A stretch of DNA of 64,000 nt from Blasia pusilla (Eukaryota): contig CM114271.1 in the NCBI GenBank assembly GCA_050084515.1, forward strand, positions 45,632,001 to 45,696,000, in the 5' to 3' direction. Made by a program: the position numbers and the translations under genes. Positions 39,482 to 51,308 of this stretch are shown piece after piece (position 1 is the stretch's first letter; each line of letters starts with the position of its first letter). The notes below the pieces were generated by a model. The model was not told the origin of the DNA. It did no database searches and worked only from the letters and a program-made list of their open reading frames with translations.

Positions 39482-42470
39482 TGGTTAGTCAGTTAAGCAC
39501 GATCATCTTAACTAGGGTTAGTTAATCACAATTAGTCTAACTCAAGACTATGGTTAAGGGTAGGGTTAGGGTTGATTGCACAAACCCTATATAATTGAGA
39601 AGAGGACCAGCCTATACTCATTCTCTCATTGCAAATTTCGTTCTCCATGGTGGTGTGTGTGTGAGAGCCATTTTCCACCAGTTATGCTTGTTTAGCAATT
39701 TTCCATATGATATCAGAGCGAGAGGGGAACATCACTTGAAATTCTTAGTGTTTGAAGAGAGAAGAGAGGCAAGAGAAGGAAAAATTCCAATTTGGGAGGA
39801 GGAAATTTTATTCAGAGCTCAGTTGGTGTAGATTTCAGGTGGAGCTTTGACGGTGATAAAACTTTGGAGACATTTTTTAGGGCTTTCCCGGTCGATTCAA
39901 CCATCTGGGGCCGCTTCGGCTAGAACGACAACAAAGGCTAGTTCTAACCATCCTATACAACTTGTTGAGAGCTTTCCAACGTACCCAAAATTTCTCAATT
40001 TTGATACTTTGAGCTCTTGCGGTAGCAATTTCAGTGTAGGAAAGTGCAATTAGTGAAGAAAAGTTGTGCAATTTGCTCTCTACAGGCCAATTTTGACTAG
40101 TTATTTCATTCAGTTGATCAATTTTGGCAAATTTCAGATCGATTTCTATGTAGGAGTGGTCTATGCTTCAATTGGAGCAATAGAAAGCCTAAAATTACAT
40201 TTTTATGAGTAAAATCATTTTTGATGGAATATTCCTCAGCAACAATCACAAGCGAGAAGCTAGACAAGCAAAATTACAATGTTTGGAAGTTTCGCATGAA
40301 ACAATTTCTCATGGGTCAAGAACTATGGAAGCTTGTCACAGGTGATGAGGCCAAGCCAAAAGATGACTCAACAGACTTAAATGTTCGCGCTTGGAACAAA
40401 CGCGCAAGGCAAGTAATCCACTACATTTCAATAACGATCAGTTCGCCAATAATAGGTCACATCCAAGATGTTGATATTCCGAAGGAGGCTTGGGATGCAT
40501 TGGAAAAGATGTTCCAAACATCTACAAAAGCCAGAAAGCTTCAATTGAAACAAAAATTGAATGAAGTGAGGAAAGGATCGGAGAGCATGAATGATTATAT
40601 TTTGAGTATCAAACATATTGTTGATTAGTTGAATAGCATTGGAGTGACAATAGAAGATGATGATCTGATTTTATTCACTCTTCAAGGCCTTCCAAAAGAT
40701 TACAAGTCCATTGAGATCTCTATCTCTGTGAGAGAGAAGTATCCAACCTTTCAAGAGTTAGTTCCTCTGTTAATCAATGAAGAGATGCGCCTAGTAGGGA
40801 GCGGTAGCTCGTCTAGTCAGCAAGAGAGTGCGCTATTTGCAGGTTATGGATCAAGCAGAGGCAGGGGTCGTGGCAGAAACTTCCGTGGTCGTGGTGGATA
40901 TCAAGCATATGGAGGAAGAGGCACTCAATATAACGTCACTCAATCAACTACGAACCAGTACCAGACACAATCACAAGGTGTTGATGGTGGAAACCGTTGG
41001 GGTCGAGGTCAACAACAGATGGTCCCTGGATCTTGCAATTACTATGGGAGAAGGGGTCACTATGCAAGGTTTTGCTTCAAGAAGAAGGCAAATATGAGAA
41101 CATGAGCCTTACAACAACAAAACTATGTGGAGCAACAACATCAAGAGCAATACCAAGAACAACAACATTCACAAACGGAGCATCTCTTGGTCATGACTCA
41201 TCATATGGGAGCAATGGTCAAGAAAGACTCGATAATAGATTGGTACATGGACTCTGGTGCATCAAATCATATGACCTCACAAGCTAAATGGTTAAATAGT
41301 TTGGAGTCGATGAAAGATCCTGCAATTGTGCTCACAAGAGATGACACTCAACATCATATCACGTATATCGATAAAGTTCCAATAGCATCAGATGATCTTT
41401 GTGCTCTTGGAAATGTTCTCTATGTTCCTACCATTGCAAGAAATCTCATCTCTATAGGACAGATATTAGAACAGGGTTATCAAGTGAAGTTTAACGTAGA
41501 TGGTTATTTCATTGAAATAATGGATGACCAAACTACGATAGCCAAAGGAACTAGATCTGGCAGAATGTTCAAATTAGATGTTTCTATGCTAGAGATTCAA
41601 ACAACAATGTATGGTCAAACCGGCCAACAAGTCACAGATCTAAATGTGTGGCATAAAAGAATTATACATATGAAACTTCAAAGATTATAGAGTCTTTCAT
41701 CATCTAATATAGTTATAGGACTCCCTAAATTAGCGAGTCCTGTTACGTTAGAGCTATGTCCTCCTTGCTAATTTGGAAAACAAGCTAGATTTCCTTTTCC
41801 AAAGCAAGGTAGAAGAGCATCCAAGATATTCGAGTTGATCCACAATGATGTGTGGACAACATCACAACATAGCCTTAGTGGTTCCCAGTACTTTGTTTCA
41901 TTTATTGATGACTTCTCTAGGTATATATGGGTATATTTTTGAAGGCCAAGTTAGAGATATTCTCAATGTTCTAGTAGAGAAGCTATTTGCATCGACAACA
42001 CATTCTGAAATTGCGTTGTGATGGAGGAGGATAGTATCTTTCAAAGTGTTTGATGACTATTGAAAGATAAGTCACTTGACGCGTTCGGATGGCATCCAAC
42101 GTCAAGTGACTTGCCGTTACACTCCACAACAAAATGGAGTGGTCGAGAGGAAGAATCGACATATTGATGAAGCGGCACAAGCTATCTTTGAATGAGAAGA
42201 ACATGCCTAAGGTATATTGGGACAGAGGTTGTAGCATGTGCAGTCTTCTTAATCAACCGAACTCCAAGAGTAGGAGTTCATGATAAAACTCCATTTGAAG
42301 TCTTCACTGAAGTAAACCTGATTTTTCCTTCTTGAAAGTATTTGGTTGTATTTGTTATGCTTATGTTCCTTTTGAGAGACGTAAAAATTAGACCCCAGTC
42401 CGAAAGATGTATCTTCATTGGCTATGCTGATGGAACTAAGGGAAATAAGTGCTACATTCCATCCTCTAGG
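39482..42470 (+). mobile_element. Ty1/copia retrotransposon, 5' half (LTR, PBS, gag-PR-IN), cut by an LTR insertion; LTR start approximate
   Basis: TATA at ~39588; PBS tgatatcagagc (39708-39719, Met-i type with G>A); NYNVWKFRM gag; WYMDSGASNHM protease; VWHKRIIH; rve remnants; CIFIGY. Confidence 0.88.
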
Positions 42471-42471
42471 C

Positions 42472-43117
42472 TGTCGTGCGCATACACATCGTTACACAAC
42501 ATACATCGCTATCATCGAGCACACACACAAACACGCACAATCCCATACTAACTCATGGCATCCAAACAACGAGACAAGAAGTACCAAAATATCTCCAATT
42601 AAAGTAAGATCCAATCTCTCTCTACACAATCTCACACCATAGCTCTCAAAGGTGTGCACTCTCTCTCATGTCAAACCAAACCTACTCTCCTAATGAGAGG
42701 CTTGGATAACACTCACAAGGCAAGGGACCATAGCTCCGTGGCCTCATGCCAAGAGGTTCAACAAAGAGAGAATGAGCTCTCAAGCTCTCTCTCCTTGGGA
42801 TATATAACCCCCTCCCCTTTCCCAAGCTCTCTCCATGGTAACCTATTCTCCCAAGTCACCTCCTTGGCTCTTGACCTGATGTAGGAGGTCAAGGGCCACA
42901 TACCAAAAATAGAAAGTTGATCATATACTCCAAATGGTACTTACCTAAAATAGTAAGTTCCTCAATATGGCTCCAAATGAGCCAAAACGAAGGGGAAACC
43001 TGCTCTCTCAGGTTTCCCACGGCCTCAGCATGTCATCATCAACCTGCTAGGCCTGTCCTCCACTACTCTTGAAGACGCTTTACTAGATCTTACCGATCTA
43101 TCCTAAAGGACGTGACA
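42472..43117 (-). mobile_element. 3' LTR (Y+x, 646 bp) of the PHD-integrase Ty3/gypsy element
   Basis: TG...CA termini (tgtcgtg / cgtgaca); TATA-like motif at ~42801; related segments at 5560, 32427, 59233 and 59984. Confidence 0.85.
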
Positions 43118-43434
43118 GCTGTCGTGCACATACACATCGCTACACAACATACATCGTTGTCACCGAACACACACACAAATACGCACGATCCCATGCTAAC
43201 TCATGGCATCCAAAACAACGAGACAAGAAGTACCAAAATATCTCCAATCGCCCCCTTAGCTGGTGGTTAGGTCCCTCTAACTCCAGATAGCCATCTATCC
43301 CTACCTACCATGACGTACATCTCTCGGACGCTAAGAGCAAGAAAGTCCGGTGCTCATGTGGCCCCATTGTTAGTTGCCTTCCTGTCATCCATGTCAGAGA
43401 AAAAGTCGGGATCGAAACCTACCTAATATCTCCT

Positions 43435-46400
43435 CTATGTACATCTTGGACACATCCATTGTCCCCGAGGAACCCTAGTGAGAGGTGGCGTTAGACATGC
43501 CATATGCCAACCTCTCGAATAACCATCACAGACTAGCATCGTGGTCGCACCACGGGCAGAACCACACAACATACAACGCAAGCCTAAGCTCGGATCCACT
43601 GTACCATCAATGTTAGGAAGGTGACATGGTGCACAATTATGCACATGGTCCTTCCATACCATACCATCGCGTTCCTCCAGCAAGAGAACACCAGATGGCA
43701 AAACGTAACACACTCTCAAGATAGTGCGCCCTACAGTCACATCCAACGTCGTCGGTGCCGTCTGCTGCAAGTAGACATAATCTCCTTGATAAAACCTCCG
43801 GATAGTTGGTCGATAACCACCACCCCAAATAGTTGCATACCTCAACGTATCTCGATGCTGCGCAATCGCCAAGTTCTCAAACGCCATGGGCATCACTCTT
43901 TGAAACAACTCAGCCCTCTGAGAACATGCTCGCATCCATACATTTGAGCACTTGCATTTTTGTCCCATTGTCATCCACCACCCTCAAGGGCATTCCATCT
44001 CTCCTCTTTGGCCTTTCCCAAAGATATTTATCTTGTAGTAGATAGCCATACGTCTTATGTCGAATCTCCTTGAAGAACTTATCTGTCCATCCACCTTCTC
44101 TCTGCAGAGTGCTTAAATAGCGCCTAATTTCTTTCAACTTGCCCTCATACAAATTCTCTTTGAAGGCTAGAGCATTCTTTATGCCACCCTGTTCTTGCGA
44201 TGACACTTGCCATACATATGCATCATCCTCATCTATCTCAACTGCCTCCATATTTTCTTCTTGACTAAATCTAGCTCTAGGCAACATGTCAGCTAATGAG
44301 TTCTCTTTTCCAGCTATATGCCTCAATTGTGGATTTAAGGACCTAATGTAGGCTATCCAACGTAACATGGCTATATCTGGAGTTGCACAATTTGCAATCA
44401 TTCCTAACAGAGGTAGACAATCAACTTCATGCAACATATAGGCTCCCATAAGATACTCCTTCTCAACTTTCATCGCAGTCACAACTTCCCAAAGCTCCCT
44501 CTTTACCTGAGGGTACCTCCTTTTTTGTTCCGTGAGTGTACGAACTCCAAACCTTGTCGCAAATCTTCTTCCTTCTACATTATCGTGCCCAACTGCCCAC
44601 CCGATAGCAATGGGGCTAGTGTCTACTGTGATGATAATAGGTCTTCCACATTCGTAGCTCATTTGTCATAGAACCGGTGGCAACTTCAATGCCTCCTTTG
44701 ACTACATCATTGCTGCTCTTTGCCTCTTCTCCCAAGTGAACTTCTTCTTCTTTCTCAACAACTCATACAAAGGATCAGATATGTGGCCAAAATGAGGAAT
44801 CAACACCTGATAAAATACATAAGCTCCTAAAAACCTTCTCACTTCGGTGACATTTTTGTATCCTCGTATCCTCCCAATGACATCAACTTTTGCTCGATTT
44901 GGTTTTCGGCCAAACTCTCCACAAAGATGACCCACTACCACAACTCGAGGAATCCCAAAGCTACACTTTTCTCTAAAAAGAGTAAGATTGACCTCTTCTA
45001 GTCTTGTTAGGATCATATCCACATCACAAATATGATCAGACACAAACTTTCTACATCCATCTTTCACAACCCTCTCAATCCTATCTTCTATTGCACATCC
45101 CTTTATAAGAATATCATCTACAAAAGGAATAGTTTTCTCAGGAATGAACTCTCTCAAGATCTTATTCATTGCACCCTTCATGTGAGCGATAGAATTTGTT
45201 GCTCCTTGAGATAATGTGCACATTCTTACAAGCCCAAGTGGATTACGCATACTCAACTATGTGCAATTGTGAAATTTACCATCGCTGCCACCACACTTGT
45301 GTCTACACAACCAATTTCTTGTGTAGTAAAAGAGAAGGCCTTACCATATCTCCTTAACATCTCCAAAAAGCTTTTTCTTTCAATTTATGTGAGAAACTCA
45401 CCCCTCCAATTTCGTGCAGACAATCTAGCATACATCCCACTAATGAACTCTTCATCTAATAGAACACCCTCATATTTTAACAAACCTTTCTTCTTTTTTT
45501 CTTCATAAAACGTCTTTTCTTTTCATTCATTTCTTTCATCATTTGGAATCTACTAGACCACAAAGGAAAACATTGAGAAAACCCACACCTAAACATGTAT
45601 GATTCTTCCCCCTCTGCTAGCGGAATGCTCTTTCTTTTCTCTGCACCCCCATATTCCCGCTCTACAAGAGTACTAACTAAAAATCCGAAAACTTTTTCTC
45701 TACCTTCATAGGACCATCTCTCAACTTCTCTCTATTCCTTTCATAACCTACTTGTACAGTAAGGAATTGAACTGAACTCATTCCATCCTGACTTCTGATA
45801 CGAATATAATGAGACCCATCATCCATGACTTTGGTCTCCATTCTAGATGCTGTGATATAAGGTTGCCCAAGAATCATAGGATAAGCAGCTCCATTCTGAA
45901 CAAAATAATTTTGCTCAATCAACACATCTCCCATACGAGTTTTGACAGTTGGACAAACACCGTAGAGTTCACTTTTTGGGTTGTTAGCTGCATGTAGTAC
46001 CCATCCATGCCTTGTATCAATTGGCCACATCCCTTTGTCGTATACACTTTGTGACATAATGTTGATCTCCGAACCATGATCAACGAGAGCCAAAACTGAC
46101 TCTTGGAGAGAGCCAAGTCGAGTTGTAGCCTTCGTCGTTGCACACGCCCAATATGACCGAGAATAGTGTCCACCATTGTGCCTTTCTTCACCTTGTTCTG
46201 TCAAGGCTTCTCCTACTCTTGCCTCTTCTCCTTGTAAGTCAAGCTTTTGTCCAAAAACTTGGCAAAGCTCTTCATCTTCTTCTTCTGTAATGTCAGTATC
46301 CAATGCCCTCACCATCACCATATCTACAATCATCTACCTTTTCCTTTTGATCACATTTATGATCAACTCATGAAAGTCACGTTTGGCTATGCCCAAGACT

Positions 46401-46830
46401 TCCCTTAGAGAAAACTCTATTTTTGCATCCAAAACCTCTCCTCAAGAATCTCCTTCAAATTTGTGCTTGTCTATATATCAGACTGCAGCTTGTATGTAGG
46501 AGTCTTACCCTGGTCTTCTAAAAACACCTCAATTCATTTTCCTTCATCCATGCTTTTTTGACATTAGAATCCCTCATAGATTTAGGTGTGAAAGGTCCTT
46601 CTTCTCTTGATGGCTGCGCCTCGGGTTTCCCTTTCTTTCTTGCGGTCCTCGCTCTTCTTGCAACTTCCTCGGGGATCAACACCATCATTGTCGTCTCCTC
46701 TTCTCCTCCACACTAGCATCTTGCCGGCCACATGTTTCTCTTGTGCTAGGTATGCTTTAAAACACCCAACTTCCATTAGATCATCCCATCCAGTCAGATG
46801 ATGGATAGTCTATGCCCCTCGTATAATTAA
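43435..46830 (-). pseudogene. Ty3/gypsy pol remnants: gag end, protease, RT, RNase H, integrase C-terminus plus PHD finger
   Basis: ALVDHGSEINIM (PR); QGATNS and FVDD (RT); DTSPIAIGW..E..D (RH); CMLC..CDGY..WHMAC..WMCPRC (PHD). The integrase core is missing at ~43944. Confidence 0.88.
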
Positions 46831-48636
46831 TTCTAGAGGAAATTGTAATGATTCCACTAGTACAAAAACTCCCTCTAAATGACTTAGAAAAATGACTAGA
46901 TGTTACTTAAACCGGGCATGTGTGACTAAGTAATTACTTAACCAGACTCTAGTAATAAAAATTACTCCTATTCGTATAAGTTGTTACTAAAACCGAAGGT
47001 AGTCAAATCTAAGTCTCTTTTTTGTTACTCAACATAGTCACTAAATATGACTTGACCTAGTCAATTTTTTATGACTAGACAAGTCATAAAGAATGACTTT
47101 TCTAGTCATAAAGAATGATTGGACGAGTAATAAAGAATGTCTAGAAGAGTCATTAGGACTGACAAGACGATTCATTAAGAATAACTAGATTCATTAAGAA
47201 TTGACTAGACGAGTCATTAATAATGACTAGGCGAGTCATAAAGAGTGACTTCTCACAATAATAAATAATGACTTCATGCGTCATAAAAGAATAACTAAGA
47301 GTCATTAAAATGACTTGTCCATGTCATTTACAATCCTATTCACTAAAAATATCCAAATAACAACTATACCAATCATTATGTATGACATATCGCATTATTG
47401 CTGACAAAAATATGTACATGAAATTGGCATTTTAGTCCATTTTGTATCCATGAATATGAATTACTCCTTCATACCTATCCTCCCTACATCTATCACTACT
47501 TCTCTTACATCCATGCAATGGAGATGCCATTATGTATCTATTGTACAGTCCTAATGCTACCAGCATTGTGTTAAAACATACGAGCACATTACTCATATAC
47601 CAACCCATCCATGTTGTAGCATCTGATCATATCACTTTTTCACAGTAAAAAAATCCTTATCTGTTGAAAGATACATCTAGCAAATGTTTCTTACATCCAA
47701 TTTTGGCCATAAGTCCAAAGCTACAAAGTGTATCCATACATCCTGAAATGGAATATTTTCTTACGTCAAAAGAATGCCTAGTGAATTATAGTGAAAGATG
47801 GTCATCAATGGAAGAACACAAAATCTACTTCTCAGTGCAAACTCCCCCTCTAATATTCTCAAAATTGAGACATCGAAATCCAAGTACATCTCAATTGTCA
47901 CACTCAAAACTGAAACACAAACATCAAGTTCCTCTACTTATGAGCACAAAAGTTACAAGTATATGGAGATCGCCACACTCAAGAGGGATGTCAAAGGGAA
48001 GGTTTACTCAAAATTATACACACAAAGCTTAAGGTGCCCCCTATTTTGAGAGAAGGCATAACAAGATGAGATGGCCATAACACTACACTATCAATGGCAT
48101 CTCCAACATAAATCTATGGTGGATCGTCAGCTATATTTGGAAATGGCAATACATTTTTCTTCTTGCAGACCTCTCTCAAATGGAGAATACAATGCCCATC
48201 TGGAATGTCACGTTCTTGGAAAGTAGAACAACCATCATGCAAGTTGCCATAACCTACAACCACAGAGGGGTTCTCACGTGATATTAATTGCTGCAACGGA
48301 GGCACAACAGATTTCAACACCGGCTTGGTAGCTTCTCGGGTCCTCTTCCTGAGTGTCGCTCTTCTCACCACCATTGGCTTTTGCAGAAGATCCAAATGAT
48401 CCTATTCCATGGGTCCACCACTCCCCAACATCCTTGCACTATCTTCATTCTCCTCTGAAAATACCGTGGCCTCCAAATTGCATCTCCGCGATGTCCTCAC
48501 TTAGCGTTTGCCTACAATGGCCGGGGCCTCATCTGTGGTCTCTACAATCACAATCAACAAGAAACTTTAACTACCCTTTCAAACAGATCATGATTTTCAG
48601 CAACTTCAATGTAAAATGCACAAAATCACTCTAAAC

Positions 48637-51156
48637 TCACATACCTAAACTCAAAGGGTCACCCACAAACACAAGAGCATTAACTCTCTTGTGCCTCACT
48701 TTTTCTTTGGACCAGTTGGTGCAATCCCAAAAATTGTATCTAGTCCTCTTCTTTGTATGAACACCCTTGGCAACTTGTGGAAGGACTAGAGGCGAAGGCA
48801 CAATAGTGATAAGCTCCGGAGAGGGTGCACTCTCCCTTGAAGGTGGTCCGGTGATTGGGTGAGGAGAGGATGCACTCAACGGCATAGAGGCAAGTGCTCC
48901 ACTAGGAGCAGGGTCTCGATCATGAACTCCACGAGGAGAGGATACAACTCTTGGATTTTCCGATCTCTCCTTGGAACCCCTCATGTCCTCATGGTCCCTT
49001 CTCAAGCTCATGGAAATTAATTCCATCAACTTTGTGAAGTTCTCTTGTTGATTAGCAACAACAGTCTTTATGCTTGCCTCTAGCACGTCCAAGCTGCTGG
49101 AGAATGCATCCATGCGATCAATTATGTAAGTCATAGACTCGGGAAACAACTCCTCCATAGACTTTAATCGGGCAGAGATCTCTGTTAGCTCAGATGTTCC
49201 TGGCACCTGAAATACAAGACTTGGATCTTAGTCTATATCAGTAGGCTTGTACTAGAAATACACTAGATTCACTTCTACTCTAAAGCAACCAGATGCAAAT
49301 ACCTGCTTTGACACTCTACTTATACCATAACTCCTTTGGTTCTTTGCCTCCTCATGCACCTATGCCTTAGTAGGTTTTCCCTTCTCTTTCTCTACAACAC
49401 ATGTTACACCAACCAAGTTCAGTCTTCCAGACACCAATTGCCAAACTATATGCATGGTGGTAATAGAAATTAAAGATGGGTCCTTCAATATTATTCATAC
49501 CAAGTGCTTTGCAATTGGTGCATTCCCTTTTCTTCCTGCAGGGTTTGGATTGGTCACCGCTGCCCGTGCTTTGGACATCTTCTCCCTCTTTGTCTTTGCA
49601 CTCTCGCTCATGGAGTGCGTAAGTAATCTTCCCCATTGGTTGGGGTCTACATAAGGTGGTGGGGCCACTTTCTTGCCTCCTCCAGCTTCTTTCCATGTCT
49701 GACGCAATCTAAATCTCTCCGTCTTGAATATTCATTGTGCATATTCCTCCAAACATGGAACAGCCACTCCATTGTTTCCAACATACTCCCATCTAGCAAA
49801 AATATCACTCAACACCGAATATTCCAATACCTTGAGTGTTGGTATGAGAAATTCACAATGGAGATGTCAAGCCATCGCAACACCTCGACTCTAAAATCTG
49901 CATGCCACCTATTCTTTCCTTCTGAAGTTGTGGTGATCCAACCAGAGTTGTTCACACCCACTTTTCCGACCTTCACCCCCTCGCCTTGCACACTTCTCTC
50001 AGTCAGTGAGTTTGGTGTGTATGTTGTTCCTACGCTTGCCCGTCGCAAGCCTAGAGTCGTAGAGTTTGCTGCACACATGAATATCTTCAGTCAAGACTAC
50101 TGCCCACTTTGCAAATCTTTATGCCTACAAACAGACTCTATGCATCGATGTCAGGTCACTTAGTAATTAGTAAAGACACGAGGAAGAAATTCTCCAAATA
50201 GGGATGATACTTCTCTATATATATGTGACTTGCTATTACCTGTAGCCTTTGTCATTTGCACTTCTTGAGTGGGTCCTAGCCCCAACCATTGAGGCTGTCC
50301 ATACATTTTTTGAGTGCTATTATTGAGTCCATAAAGGTATTGGCTACTTCCAAACCAATCTTGACTATTTGGCACCGCATGATAGGGTCCCTCGGTGTAG
50401 TTGGAGAATCCATCTTGCATAGAGTCTACACATGACATATATGTCGGTGTAGTATAGACACATCACACAACCATCATCTAACGATGTATAATCAAAGAGA
50501 AATTTGAGATTGCAAATCGATACATTCGTACTATTCCACCCTTGCCCCGTTGGACAATATCCATTGTATAACGAACTTGGCTTGGAGTTCTATGCATAGG
50601 GTCCATCTCTACCGCCTTGAGACATGCTTGCCTGTCCCTCCCCACTATATTGTACACCCACTTGCTCTTTGAGAGGAATACAAATTTTCAGGTACACGTC
50701 CGGTGCAAAGATCCCTTGCCCAAGTAGCTTGCCCCCAACTGCCCCTTTCTCGCACAATGCAATGCAACCCACTAATTAGAGACAATTTCTTTCAAATGCC
50801 ACTAACCTTGAAACACAATTGTAGACACACGTCCTGTCTAATTGAAATGGAGAAATTACCTGCTTCTTCTTTCCCCCAATAGTTGATGGACAAGGCTCCT
50901 TAGGAGCCGGAAGCTCATCTGAGCCTGATTGATCCTCTTCACCTAAGTCTCCAACAAACTCAGGGATCACAAGTGGAAGATTCTTCACCTCCAATGTAGC
51001 ATCAATGTCACCAAAAGATTCTTCCATCGCCAATACCTTTTCAAGCAATTGAGAGCTCCTCCGCTTCGGTCCAAGATGGAGAGGCTCCCTCTTTGCAGTC
51101 GTGGGGCACGACTTGCTTAGAACAAGCCTCCTGGCACATGAGGACAAGTTTTTCAA
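48637..51156 (-). pseudogene. Probable CACTA second (TnpA-like) gene remnants
   Basis: Fragmented minus-strand ORFs downstream of the transposase inside the TIRs; the assignment is positional. Confidence 0.4.
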
Positions 51157-51308
51157 GAATATGAATTATGCACAATGCTTGATTTATTCATAAAGGCCTG
51201 ACCTAAGTGCTCAATATGTCAAAGCTTACAATTCAACGCCTCTTTGTTTGAGTTCTTCCGCCAATTCCTTAAGGTATCTGTTCACATAAGCTGGCCTCCA
51301 CATTAAGT

